50,231 bases of DNA, taken from the NCBI GenBank assembly GCA_032718475.1, contig JAUCBJ010000892.1, positions 1 to 50,231 on the forward strand, given 5' to 3'. The position numbers were made by a program, and so were the translations under genes. The stretch's first letter is position 1; the number at the start of each line of letters is the position of its first letter. The notes under the pieces are model-generated. The model saw nothing but the letters and a program-made list of their open reading frames with translations. It was not told the DNA's origin and made no database searches. Shown piece by piece: positions 23,331-37,055 of the stretch. Source of the DNA: Nemertoderma westbladi (Eukaryota; Animalia; Xenacoelomorpha).

Positions 23331-24189
23331 ACGTCTACCAGCAACCACAATTGCATCAACACGACCCCCTCCTAACCAAACTGCGCGTACTACAATGTGC
23401 ATTGGTTGCTTGAAGCCGTATCGCTACTTGGCCAGTCTGGAAAAGCACCAGAAAGTCTGTTTACGTTTCCAGTCCGCTTCAAATCTGTTACTGTTTAGCG
23501 AACTCCCTTTCTGTGACGAATCCAATATTAAATTTTCAAACAATAGCTCTGGTTACTACACATTAGTTGCATGGAATGTGGAAGGTGCGCGCTCTACGAT
23601 CGACACAACGATGGATGACACCTTCATAGACACTGATATCCTTCTCCTTTATGAAACGTTTACGACAGACTTGGTCATCCCAGGCTTCTCATGTCACAAT
23701 GTGTCTTGTGAGAAACGCGATTTAGGGCGCCCTTACGGTGGTATCACTATTGCCATTAATATGAAAACCGCAATGCGTCAGGAGCCCATTCATAAAAGCT
23801 CAACAGCTTTAGCACTACTAACAAGTAACTTTGTGATAATATCTGCCTATTATCCCCCATCAACTGATGTCTCTGATATATTACTCGAGCTCACCACTAT
23901 AATTGTAACTGCACGGGCAAAGTGCACTCTTACCATACTGCTAACAGGTGATTTTAACTGCCGTTTAGATGGCCCTCATGATCGTGGAGACACACTATGC
24001 AGTGGCCTACTTGGTGCAGGACTGAACTGCATTAACGACCACTCAATCCCTACATATTACTCCTGGAATGGTCAGAGCGTAATCGGCCTCGTTTTTGTCG
24101 ACCACCTATTGGCTGATAAGGACTCAGTAAGTATCCGCCCAACTACAAACACTAAACACCAGCGCGTTTATATAAAATATGAAACACGT

Positions 24190-24784
24190 TGTGGGGTCTT
24201 CGAGCAGCACGTGTTCAAATGTTCAATGACTGAGCAGCGACTAATTAACAAATTTATGAGAGATTCATTGACCAGCTACCGACAGACCAATATTGTGACA
24301 TATATTTTAGTTTAATGTTTGATTCAATTAGAGGCACAAATTAAAAAGGCTACAAATATATAGGGGTGAATAATTAAATTAGTCACCCATTTAGGCCTAA
24401 AAGGTAGCCAAATATAAGTTGCAATCTATATAAATTTTTAAATTCAGTAGTGTGGGTGTGTTGTGTATTGATTCCGTAGATTTCATGTTGAAATAGCGTT
24501 CATTAATTTAATTTCTATTTAATGATTCATGCATACTATTATACACATTAAATTAGTTCGCGTGTGTTAAGTGTGTAAGATTTGATTGTTTCGTCACGAA
24601 CCCATTAGGGCACAGAAACTGACGGATTCTTCGCGAATTTCGCAAACGTCGCAAACTTCGGGAATTTGTTCTACAATTTTGACTCCTTAAGCAAAAGGGT
24701 CCCGAATGAGTTTTTTAACCTTTATTTTTTGTGATTTTGAGTGCTTTTTTTATACTAGTGAATATTACGCTGATGGCTCGCCAT
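24190..24784. mobile_element. Non-coding insertion interrupting LINE ORF2, related to the element at 45468-45757
   Basis: AT-rich block starting TGTGGGGTC..GCAGCACG and ending TGGCTCGCCA, possible ACGT duplication (24186-24189, 24785-24788). Confidence 0.55.
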
Positions 24785-27557
24785 ACGTGTCTCGCCCCAC
24801 AACAAGCCCCATCAACTATAGGAAAGAGCGCTGTAAAGCAATCAAGAGGCTTGATGTAGACAAATTAGGCCACATTCTAACGACAGGTGATTTTCAATCT
24901 GCTATAGCCAATGGAGTAGACGATGTCTGTTCTTACATAACTAATGCTATTACAAATTCTTCGTTATCTAGTAAGCCGAGAAATTCCAAACCTTGGTTCA
25001 ATCAAGAATGCTATCTGGCTAAACACGAACTCATATCAAGTTTTCAGTTAATGAAACGGGCGCCAACACCCCTAAACAAGCAAATATATTCGGAGTTAAC
25101 TCGTTCATATAAGAAGCTGATGCATACTGACAAACAGAAATTTTGGAACATTCTGAAGACCGGCGACCAAGTCAAACCAGTTGCTCAACAAGTGTCAGAA
25201 CAATCTTGGTTCACACATAGAGTTGCTTTCAACCAAACACTCACCCCAACTACCGCCAATTCCAGATCAACCAAATGATATACTAGATAAACAAATAGAG
25301 CCATCGGAAATAACGGTCGCTGTCAATAATGCCAAGCTCCACAAAGCAACGGGGCCAGATGGCGTGTCGAACGAGGCGCTAAAATCCGGTTTCGGTCATC
25401 TTCTTCCGTTCCTTCTGAGTCTGTTGTCCCTCTGTCTCACACTGGGAGTTTGCCCAATATCCTGGTTGACATCATATCTGATACCACTGTATAAAGGAAA
25501 AGGCAAAAAGACATCCCCTGACAGATATCGTGGCATAGCACTCCTTTCGTGTCTACTAAAACTATACACCGCTATTCTGTTTGAACGTCTGTACGTGTTT
25601 GCCGAGATCAGTGGCATCCTTCCTGCTGCTCAATACGGCTTCCGTCGAGGACTCTCAACGGTGATGGCTGTCAAGAACCTATATGGTATAATAAATATAG
25701 CTCTTCAGTCGGCCGGAGGCCATACATATTGTGTTTTCGTCGACTTCACTAAGGCGTTCGACTCCATCAACAGAGAAACTCTTTGTCAGCGTCTAGTAAT
25801 ACATGGCATCAGTCGAAAATTTATCACTGCTATATGGGCACTAATCGCAGTTAATTATGTATGTATTTGTATTGGACCCAATCACACAATCGGTCGGAGT
25901 AGTGCAAGGTGACAAGCTCTCTCCCCTTTTATTCAGCTTGTTCGTTGCAGACCTCCCATCTATCCTCATGGCCGCATGCTGCATCGTCATAATGTACGCT
26001 GATGATCTCGTCATAGTCGGCGATTCGATCGCAGTCACCCAGGACGCACTGGACAGATTATCAGAATATTGTCGGGTCAATGACCTGAAGGTCAATATAA
26101 AGAAAACTAAGGCAGTCAAATTCCGCAGAGGTGGCCGATTAGCTTCTGGTGATAAATTCTATTATAATGGCACTTTAATGGAGTTTCAAAATACGTTCAA
26201 CTACTTAGGCGTAGTGCTAGCAACAAAAAATGGTCCCACAGCTCACTTCCAGCACTTATACAAAAAGGGCGTGGCCTGCTCTATTCGTATTGCAACTAAG
26301 GTAAATCTACATCATATATCGTTAGCCACGGCAAAACGTTTGTGGGCAACTGTAATCTACCCGTCGACAACATACGGATGTACTATTTTTACGTCTAATG
26401 AAAACGTTCCGCGGCTGGAACACATCCATCGAGTGCGAGCATTTTACTACAAACTTTGGTGCGGCATCAGTAAATACTCGTCGTCAACTGCAATCCTTAA
26501 CGCAATAGACAACTGCGATGACGCGGAAATAAATCTCGTGGACCTAACCGGTTTTCGTCGCCGCGCGGCAGCCCAGTTAATGGCGAACGGCTGCCACCAT
26601 CGGATTTGTAAAATTTCGAACTGCTGGAGACCCACTGATCAATGTGTTTGCTGGTTGTGCAATAATAGTGCCACATCTACCGCCCACTACCTGCAATGCA
26701 CAGGAATGCCAGCCAACCTGTCTACATTAAGATGCGCGCTGTATCTGATGAGCGTAGACCAACCACTTCCCCATCAACCGTGACTTATTTTATTATAGTT
26801 TAGTAACAGTATTTTAATATTTATATTATATTATTATTATTTATTTTACGAAAATTTGTGCTTCAATTAATTAATTTTACTAAGCTCCATATGTTGGAAT
26901 AAAGAAGTCAATGGTCAAATGCAAGAATAGCCCGATTTGATTAAATGAAACCATACGCCTCGGTGAGTCATTAAAAATAATGTTTCATTATTTTACAACA
27001 AGCAAACGAAATTTATTAAGTAACTGTGCTCTTATAGCTACCAATTAATAATATACACCATGTTCTGGAGACTTTATTCAGGTATCTGCCCCACCCCCCA
27101 AAAAATTTATTTTTTATTCAAATATTAATGAGATTGCAGCCAGAATTTATATTTTCGCTTTCATTCTTTAGCTAGAAGCGTTTGAAAAAGGTGTCCCCGT
27201 TGACATTGCACCAGTTATACGTTATTCTTCAACCTTATAGTGATTTGTTGGTGCTGATAGAAAGCTGGTAAGGATTATAAATATATAACACATCTGAGCT
27301 TCCTTGAAAGATAGCTGAGATATAAGCGTTCAAAGTTACATGGTTTTGCATCGGAGGTGCGAGGCTGTTTTATTCTATTTAATAAATACACCACATTCTG
27401 GAACATTTTGTTTATCCCGTGTATCTGGGAAACAATGTAATACCTATTTAATCATACTATTACGTAACATAAACAAATTAAAATTAATAAACACCCTTAA
27501 CATATGTAACTCCATTGTACTGCTTGTCCATGTATCTACTTGTATGTTATATAGCAT

Positions 27558-28400
27558 TAGGGGGGGGGGGGGGGGGGGTGGTAGGTATGCCCCCCCCCCC
27601 TTGCTCAATTTTTCAAATTGTTGTTTCTTCATTTGTTTCTTCACTGTTTTTCCGTATGTCGGTCTGTCCGTCAAATTGTAAGAAAGACAGAAGACCGACA
27701 GACAGACTAGATTCATTAAAACAATAAACACTAAACATTAAAACTGACATCGGAAATGGAATCAGCGACCCCAAAAACCCCCATAATATAGTTTTAGCTC
27801 GTTGGTGTGCATCCTTTGTGCCAGAAATAATTAACCAACCAGAACACAGATAGCCAGTTTTGGCGGGACGGTTTAAACTTTGAAGGTCATTTTCTCGGAA
27901 TGACATTTTTCATCTTCAAATTACTACTCCTACGTCATTTTTCAACCAATTTTCTTCGTTTTTGGCTCATTCAAACAAGCTTGGGAAGCTATTTAAAAGT
28001 TATCTAATGGAAATTTGATAAATATTACCATTTTGTGTAATTAGCCAATTTTAATTAAAAATATGATAATTAATAGACAGAAATTAATTAAATTAATTAC
28101 TTAAAATAGAAAAGGCTAATTAAAAATTCTATAAGATAACTTTTGTAGAATCGATGACGCTGAGTCTAAAAACGTTGGTTTCATGAAATTTCGACTAAGA
28201 TTGAGGGACTAGTAGCATTTTGACTGAAATCTTTAATTCCGCCTCCAGCCGCTAGGGGGAGCCTATAAATTTTCCAATATAGGATTTTTGGCCTTCCATA
28301 CAGTGGTTGGCCATGACGAAATAGCAATATTATCATTTAACACTAATTGACAGTCGATCGATTAAAAAAGGTTCATCGGGGGTATATCCCAACCCCCGTG
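27558..28400. mobile_element. Probable non-autonomous element with G/C-rich ends
   Basis: Imperfect inverted ends (GGGG..GGTATGCCCC / GGGGTATATCCC..CCCC), GACA microsatellite-like stretch, about 25-bp direct repeat at 27525 and 28408. Confidence 0.4.
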
Positions 28401-30014
28401 TACTGCGTGTCCATGTAACTGCTTGTATGTTAAAGCCTTAATTAAACAATAAGGATGTAAATGTGGCACAGGATATTCAAAATAATATTTCAATATCGAT
28501 TTGATATTTCGATATTTCAATATTTCGATATCGATTCCACCTGTTGGTTGACTTGTTAATTATAGGCATACGGCTATTTAATGTAATTAAATTTATTACA
28601 AATAAATAATTATTCAACATGATTCTAATAGATCTGCAATATATACAATACATATTTAACATCCTGATCAGTTTAATCTGCTCCGACGTCATCAGGACGT
28701 AGCATGTGTTCCAAGTACTTTATAAAACTCATATAAAAAAATGTATCTTAGCTCTATTCTTAGGACATATATATTAATCAATCGTTTTCAATCGTTTTCA
28801 ATCCATTATTTTCATTTTCACAACCTAATAATGATTCGTTAATCAGATCCTCCACAGAAATTATGGGAAACTATACCATACAATAAACGGTATTTATTAA
28901 TTGAGTGTAAAAACAGCGGTATAATCTGCATACTACTGGTTGTTTTAACTAACATATATACTAACTAACTAACTAATAACTAACTTAAATCTAATAGATG
29001 CGAACTTTTTGTCCATCCAAAATCTAAAAATATGAATGAAAACGTCTGACATTTATTCCTTTGCTGGTAGATTTAAATATTCTGAATCTTACTGAAAAAA
29101 ATTCACAAGAATTAATTTTTTGAAAGAATAAAAATTAAAAAAATCTATCAATTTTGAAATAATAGTAAAGTTTATAATTTCCTTTTAATCGTCATCGCTT
29201 ATTTGTATGCGTTTTCCGTTGGAAGAAATCATTGGCTTACAATGAATGGCAGTTTTAGGCATCTACATAAGCACAAAAAAAACGAATGAAAAAAAACAAG
29301 TAACCTGCACTTTTCAATTTGAGCCAAAAAAATTTATATTGACTCAATATAACATGCTATAAATTCACATTTTTGGGTTTTCTAGGGCGCTGATTATATT
29401 GGAATATATTTCAAATGGTTGTTCATTTCTAGTCGTTTTTAACGCGTAAAAATTTGTTGCAAGCACCAAATTTTGCATACATCACCAAAAAAACCACATT
29501 TACAAACACCACCGAAAAATTTTGCTGAGTTTGAAATATCAAATGAAATGTTGATTTATTTCATTGAATTCAGAACCCTCAAAACCTTTTGATGAAAATT
29601 TTCAAAATTTATAAAACATCTTTAAAAATTGATGAAAATTTCAAAATATGGTGCTTGCACCAACATTGGACACACGACGAAACAAAATAAGATTCAAATT
29701 TCTACCTCATTTTATATGTATGTATTTTATTTGTATGTATACTTGCAATGGTTACAAAAATAGTACAGAAAGTAGGGTTCATTTAACAACATTGAAATTT
29801 TGTTTAATGACATGTGATATATCAGCAACAACAATGATACAGGACACGTAATCTACGAAATTGACATTGTGTTTATTTACATGGTGTACATCATCAACAC
29901 ACAAGATAAGTCATCAACAACATTATTACATTGTGTTTACTAACACTAATGACACGAGGCAATTTCTCCTACCATCCATCCATCCTACGACAATATCGTA
30001 GGATGTAGATTAAA

Positions 30015-31085
30015 CCCTATTTGGCTCGGGGGTGGGTCATTTTAGAAATTATTTTGCAATTAATCTCGTGACTTTTCCTAAATGTAATAGGCTATCTAAA
30101 AGAGCAAACGCCATTTACTGGCTATGTTAGTTTCCGTGCTGCGGTCCCTTTTTGGCACCCATCTCCAGTATCTTTCTTGCTAAAATATTCAAAAGTTTTT
30201 ATGGCTCACTAAAATAAATTTATTTGGAGTAAATAGCGGTTTTCTAGATGTGATCACGATTACAGAACTCAAATATAACATTCGAGAAAATATTTGACAA
30301 GCAGTGCAAATATGATAATGAAAAATCACCACCAAATCAAATTGATTTTATGACCATAGGAGTTTTTTAGGATGCTCATCACGAAAATGACACTGAAAAA
30401 TATCGTACATTGTTGATTAGGGCATTTTTGCATATTTGTCAATGCGCGGCACAAAAAATACAAGTGCACAAATTTGATAATAAAATTGATTACCAAATCA
30501 ACCTGATTTTAAGACATGGTTTTTCTGGGACGCAGATCACTTTCAAAAATATCGCATTATCCAATCAAATTCGATTTTTGCCGTCAGAAATGTTATGCTA
30601 CTTGTATTTTTCGTCCCACCAGACAAGCACCAAAGGCGATAGGTGCGTTATCACGAATGAGTTTTAACGAGTTGTATCCTTGAAAACCAGTATAGATAGC
30701 TTCAGAATTACCAAACCAACTTTTGCTACTAACTTTTGTAATTTTTTGGTACTTTCGTTCTGGGGCACCAGAAAGGCACCTAAATTGCATTTATCAGAAA
30801 TATTTACAAATAGTTTCATCGTGATCACCGACCTCGAAAACCCTTCGTTCAGAATTATCAAACCAAATACAAATTTTTTTAGTTTGACATTTTTTTACAC
30901 TCCTCCTTTTCGTCCTGCGGGACCAAAATAGCACCAAAAATTATGGTTGCCTTGCAAGAAAATATTTTAACAAGTTTAATCGTGTTCAGCGACCTCGAAA
31001 ACACTTATACCATCAAAATTGTAATCTTTGAGCCAAGATCTAAAGAATTTCTATTTCGTTGTAAAATAGCCCGGGCCAGATAGGG
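30015..31085. mobile_element. piggyBac-like MITE
   Basis: TIRs CCCTATTTGGCTCGGG / CCCGGGCCAGATAGGG, flanked by TAAA and TTAA. Confidence 0.65.
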
Positions 31086-31296
31086 TTAATTTGACACTTT
31101 TTTTTAACTTCACTTTTTTGTCCTGGGGGACCAAAATAGCACCAAAAAATAGCAAAAATAATACGGCTGTGTCATAAAGTTAAGCCCTAAGTCAAAAATT
31201 ATAATTGTTCAGGAGAGCCTATATAAACATAAAGATATCTAGGGCCTTTCCGCAGTAAAACATTGCCGAATAGGATTATTGGATTTCACTTTACTA

Positions 31297-33151
31297 TTAC
31301 TACTAGTAGGATCGGCATGCTGCATTGCAGCTGCATTTTTAAGAATGCCGTGCCGGCTTGTCGACAAAATTGCGCCGCCACAACTCCCTATCAGTATCAC
31401 CCATGACATTTGCTAGATCATCCGCATCTTCAAGGCCAGTGTCCTTTAAGATGCGTCTCAAGAAAGTCATGGGCTGTCCACCATGCTTATTCACTCCATG
31501 GGGCTGCCAAAGCACAAGATTATGCACTGGCTGGTCCTCACGGCGAAAGCAATGTCCTGCAAAGCGGAGGCGACTTTGTTCTAGTGTCAAGCTTGGGGGA
31601 ACCAATGAGACACACACCTCCAATTTTATATAGTGTCTGGTTGGAGCTGTGTGTGCATTGTACTTGACACAATGAACCCGGCGTAGCATTCTTGTGGATG
31701 TGCCATCCAGAGATTTGGTGTCCTTAGCAGTTAGAGCCCAGCATGGACTCCCATAGAGGATTACTGGAACTACTGCTGCTCTAAATAATCGGACCTTAAG
31801 TTTCCGATTAATTCTCTGTGACTTCCAAATCCTGGAAAGCCTACTTAAGGCTGCCCATGCCTTTCCCTTACGTATTCGAAGGTCCTCACCTGACTTCGGG
31901 ATCCATGATCCAAAATCCCAGGTAACAGAAGTCACCCACATGCTCAAGCATACCATCCTTTGAGCTTATGCTCATCCGGTCAGAAACTTGCTGAGGACTT
32001 TCAAAGTTAACTGTCAAAATTTTGGTCTTTTTGGAGTTAATAAAAAGACCAACACTAGAAGCAGCCTGTTCTAATGAGCTGAGGAGCCGTTGGGCTCCAT
32101 CAAGGGATTCTGAGAGTATCTCATTCTGGGATTTGGGTTGCCGTATATTTTCGCTCTGTTTTCTGTGTTCGCCTTTAGATGTCGCGTTTACAAGTAGAAG
32201 CGTTCTAGGTGGTGGGGCTGATTGTTTAATTTTATTTGCGACACATTTAGAATGCAATAACATGCATTTAAGAATAAAAAATTCTAAACTGAAAATTGTA
32301 TAGGTTTAAAATCTCTGAAATGACTATATCTCCCTTTCATAGAGTAGTACTAGAGGAGGGCCTAGCGGCCCGTAACAGCGTAAAGCAAGGGTTATCCAAA
32401 ACTGATTGCAATTTAATGGCATGTTATCAATCAATTAATTGCAATTGGAAATTATATCAATCATTTTAATTGCAATTAAAGTCTTGAACCAATCAATTAA
32501 TTTACAAAATTTACAAAAAACCAACACTAGAAGCAGCCTGTTCTAATGAGCTGAGGAGCCGTTGGGCTCCATCTAGGGATTCTGAGAGTACTCATAAGCC
32601 ATCAGCAAAGTCTATATCAGGTAGGTACTTGGCAGGATTTCCTCGACTTCTGGAGCCAGTAGGTGGAGTTATCATCACCCCATCATCATTATGATGATCT
32701 AAGGACATACGTAGAACATAGTCAACCACAATTATGAACAAGAATGGCGCAAGTGTGTCTCCTTGGAGGACTCCCCATAAAACTTCAAATGGTTCTGTGT
32801 CACCATCAACAGTAGACACAAATGTTGTCGAACCATCGTATACTGATCTGATTGCTGCAATAATTTCATCAGGAATCCCATATAATGAAATTATGCTGAA
32901 CATACGTGAGCGAGAGACTGAATCAAAGGCCTTGACGAAGTCAACAAAGATAACAACAGCCAGATGCCTGTCTTTCTTTTTTGATAACTCTTCAATGCTA
33001 AGTGCCAAAATGGGCTCCAAGGTCCCACGACCTTTACGGAACCCATTCTGATTTCCACAGAGCAGTCTCTCAATGGCATCCCTGATGCAATTTAATAGAA
33101 TTCTATTTGCAGCAATCGAGATCAATGAGACTTTCATCATGAGACTTGAGA
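31297..33151 (-). mobile_element. 5'-truncated RTE LINE copy (same family as 18941-20841) carrying a foreign insert
   Basis: Near-identical 3' end and TAG tail; TSD ATTT(C/T)ACTTTACTA at 31283-31296 and 33152-33165; RT motifs QNGFRKGR, FVDFVKAFDS, DFAD. Confidence 0.9.
32131..32510 (+). repeat. Copy of the MFS gene 3' end/3' flank (38652-39023) inserted in the RTE
   Basis: Direct alignment by eye; bracketed by a 70-bp duplication of RTE sequence (32049-32118, 32521-32590). Confidence 0.92.
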
Positions 33152-33900
33152 ATTTTACTTTACTACGCAATAAGCATCACTCCTCATTGGTTAAAATGTT
33201 AAAAAACTTAACATAGGGACTTATGCAGTAAAACATTCTCCGCTGGGATATAGGGCTTCATTTTACCACGCAATAATCATCACTTCCCATTGGTTAAAGT
33301 GTTCAAAACTTCACCAGCTGATAGAGCATGTCTTCTTAAAGTGTGGAATTGTATAAAAAGTAAAATCCGACAAAAATCTACTTAGGGCCTTAATGACACT
33401 TACTTAAGCTACGATATTATCATTGTGTAATTAACACAGGAGAACAATTACATTAGGTGTATGAACACGGGGTACATCATATAACATTGAGTATCACGGA
33501 TACACCATCAACAACATCGACATTGTACATCATTTATAACATTCTGTGTTTTATAACACAAACAGGGTACAATGTTAACATAGTGTTTATAAACACATTG
33601 TACATTATCACCAACATTAAATCGTGTTTATTAACACCATAAATATCATCAACAACAATAACAATGTGTGTAGAATCACATGGTGCATCATCAACAACAT
33701 AACATGATGTTAATGTTAAGTGTCAAAAGAAAACTACATCTTTGGACTTTGGCCCCAGAAACCAACAGTCAACAAATACTTTTGATTCACGGTTTACACA
33801 CAATGGCCAGATACTGTGGCTAACCCCCAAAGATTGTGAAATTTGTATGGTGATTGATTGGAAAATGGATTGAAAAATGTGTATGGTGAAAGAAAGGGTT

Positions 33901-36686
33901 GGGTCATTCCACGCCAAATCATCCAGTATTTTCAATTTTGACACTATAGGTCTCAGATTGTTTTGAAACCTGCACCAAATATTAGCGAACATATATATAT
34001 AATGCTACAGGCGTCAACCTGCCAATCACCACATCCTCTGAGGATGAGTCACGGCGGTTCTACCACGCACAACTACCCGTTAGTGGTTAGTAGTAGACCT
34101 AGTGGTGGGGTGAGGGGGGGGGGGGGGGTGTTTAATGGTTAGTAGTAGAAGTATACGTAGATGTAGTGATAGATGGGGGGGGGGGGGGGTTGTTTAACGC
34201 GGTTAGTACTGTAGTAGTAGACGTAGTGCGATAGAGGATGGGGAGGGGGGTATTTAATGGTTAGTAGTAGACATAGTGATAGAGGGTGAGGGGTGGGGGT
34301 TATTAACAGTTAGTAGTATAGGGGGGGGGGGGGGGGGGTTTTGTTTAACTGTTAGTAGTAGAATAGTGATAGGGAGTGGGGGTGTTTGTTAATATGACGC
34401 ATGTTTTCTCTGATCGTAATGGTTGTTATCAGGTTAAATGTGTAACCTCTATCTCATATATTGCTCTCGTCATTATTGGTTTATTTTGTATAAGTCAGTG
34501 GGATAGTTGGTCTGTTGCCTGTAGGGGTTGACAGTATTTGATATTGATGACTCATATTCTGAAGGACTAATAATGCTGCCCGGCTAATCCTAAGGTCGGT
34601 TATGAGTGTTTCATTAATATTGTAGGAATGGGAGCATTGCGTGGTGGTTGGAAGGTCTGTAATTCGAGAGTCACTGGTGTTTGTTTATTATAGTCCATTA
34701 GGCTGGAGTCATAAATCAACAGTTGACATGTTTATTCGTTTTAAAAAATTTCCCATAGATGTTGTTGGTTTGTTCTTGGTGAATATTCAATATAACAGGG
34801 GTATATAAAATTTATCTCCATAATTCTATCTTATAACAGAGGTATAAAATCGCGCTTTATCAATAAGATGATAGCAAATGGGGTATCTTTGGGTTGTTGA
34901 TATCATTATAAATGTAATGAAAAGGCAGTGGTGGTGTGACATTGATTTTTGATGTGGTATAGTGAGATGTATTGGTAATCTGTTAATTGGTAGGGGAATA
35001 GTGTTTAGATGGATTGTTTTGTTGGGTATTTAGTAGAGATATTGTGCGTTATCATTATAGGTATAGAACCTTTATTAAATAGTAATAGTATTTATTACTA
35101 ACTAATCCAATTTTATTCTGTTTTTCTGAAGTTGGGATGGTAGTTTGAGCGTTTTAGAGAAAAAAAGTGGAAGATTTAGTTGGAAATTTGTTAGTTGGGT
35201 AGTGCGCTATGCTGTATCTTACCCATAGGTGCCCAGCCCAACACCTACAGGGGGTATTTAAGGAATACCCTACCCTGGGTTAGATGTCTCTAGTGTTGCC
35301 ACTAAAAGTTGCGGAACCCTATACCGCATGGAAATTAAAATCCCTGAAAGTAAAAAATTTGGTAAAATGGGATGAAAGGGCCTGGAAATATGTAAATTAA
35401 TGCAATTGAAATATTTCTGAAAAATATACATGAAAAAGAAGTAAATATCAGCCATATTAATTGCCAATTTGTTCGTTAGTTTATATCATGCTAGATGAAT
35501 TACAATCCCAGTATTTGTCAGATTTGTACAGTACCAATTATACCTTAATTTTTAACATGCATGAGTATGTAAGAGTATGTATTGACACTCGCGAAATGAT
35601 AGGTGAGCATTGCAATTAATTTAGTAAAAGTTTTGAACAATATGTACAGTATTCCATTAAGTGAGATTATGACTGATATTCTCAGTAAATCATGCATTCG
35701 TCTTGCAAGCTTACCGCTTTAGTTGTATGATTCAACTTATCCTGTTTTTTTTTTGTATTGGGTACAATCTTTCAGATCGTAGGTGTGGGTGGGTGTCGCG
35801 GTGTGGGGTAGGGTAGTGGGTTGGTGTATGTTGATTTTATGTTCATTTTCGTCAGAGAGCGAGAGTGGGAGAGGTGATGAGTTGGGGCAGTTCCGCGGCA
35901 ATAATAATACTGCCTCTCAATAAAGAGACCCCCTTTACTGCTATCAGGGACGCGTTGTTCGACAGAGCCCCGTCAGCAAAAACAGCCAGTACCGCTAGTC
36001 GGTGGGGTTGACTTGTTGACGAGAGGCTATTTACAGGCGCATCGGTCAACCATTACTGACCATTAGCGAACATATATCTAGCAAAATGCAAAAAAAATTA
36101 GCTCAAAATGTTTCACGGTTTAAAAGTTACAGCCCTCTAAAAATGGCGAGTCTGCGAATAATGCGATAATTTGAAAATTTGTGTGATCACCCTCATCAAA
36201 TTTTGCATGATTTTACTATCACATGTTGTATATATTCACACCAAAAACCAAGACCGGCAACACTTGGCCACATCACCAAATGAGCATTTGAATTTTGTCA
36301 GTTATCAAACAATCGCAAAAACTCAAATTTTTAAATTTTTTCACCCATGGAGTACTTGGACTTCGTTTTGAGTCGTTATTAATGCCATTTTCGAACTCAG
36401 TACCATCAAATTACCCCAGAAACATCTAATTGGTCTTATAAATCAGACAAAATTGTCTAAATGTTCATATTTGTGGATTTAACACACATCGCGATAAGCG
36501 CAACGATTGCAAGTGTTGACCGCAGAGTCGCCATTTTTAAAGGGATGTAACTTTTGAACCATAAAACATTTTGGGCAATTTTTTTTGCATTTTGCTAGAT
36601 ATATGTTCGCTAATATTTTGTGCAAGTTTCAAAAAAATCTGTGACCTATGGTGTCAGGCCCTGGATGACTTGACGTGGAATGACCC
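33901..36686. mobile_element. MITE (GGG termini, 4-bp TSD GGTT) split by a 2.07-kb insertion
   Basis: TIR GGGTCATTCCACG / CGTGGAATGACCC; left arm stops at 33996 and resumes at 36062. Confidence 0.8.
33997..36061 (-). mobile_element. Unclassified insertion with 16-bp TSD, probably retrotransposed
   Basis: ATTAGCGAACATATAT at 33981-33996 and 36062-36077; (AT)n at the left end; G-run minisatellite 34085-34390; no credible ORF. Confidence 0.6.
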
Positions 36687-36808
36687 GGTTGTGTTTTTGC
36701 TTCTATGTCTCTAGAGGTATCCAATCCAGGTGTCGTGCACCAGTGTAATTGTTTTTCGGATATGTAATACTACTTTCATTATTCTCCATACTCTTTTTTA
36801 ATATTAAT

Positions 36809-36925
36809 GATCTAGCAAATGTCATGGGTAATAGGGAGTTGTGGCGGTGCAATTTTGTTGACCAGCCGGCGCATCATTCTTAAAAATGCAGCTGCAATGC
36901 AGCATGCCGATCCTAGTAGTAGTAG
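36809..36925 (+). mobile_element. 117-bp 3' fragment of the RTE family
   Basis: Reverse complement of the 3' end of the other two copies, ends (TAG)4, ATTAAT on both sides. Confidence 0.85.
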
Positions 36926-37055
36926 ATTAATAATTATAAAGTTAACAATAAAATTTTAATACATTTAAATTTAATATTTTTATTAAATTATAATTTTACT
37001 AGATATATCATATATTAGATATTTATACTAGATATGAGGTAGGTCGGTCTACAAA

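Larger units (their letters stand above)
22883..26901 (+). mobile_element. APE-type non-LTR retrotransposon (ORF1 end plus broken ORF2), clade uncertain
   Basis: ORF1-like C-terminus (VWQEGIVIR); endonuclease WNVEG/YETF/GG/YYPP/GDFN; RT KATGPDG, YRGIALL, QYGFR, FVDFTKAFDS, GVVQGDKLSPLLF, YADD, YLG; C-terminal Cys/His knuckle; frameshifts near 25200 and 25880. Confidence 0.9.

Noticed and set aside
23076-23402. Gly/Val-rich minus-strand ORF
   Set aside because: Antisense reading of the Pro/Thr repeat in the LINE.
28657-28702. Hammerhead-like CTGATGA core on the minus strand
   Set aside because: GAAA reads TAAA and the UH cleavage triplet is missing; at best a dead remnant.
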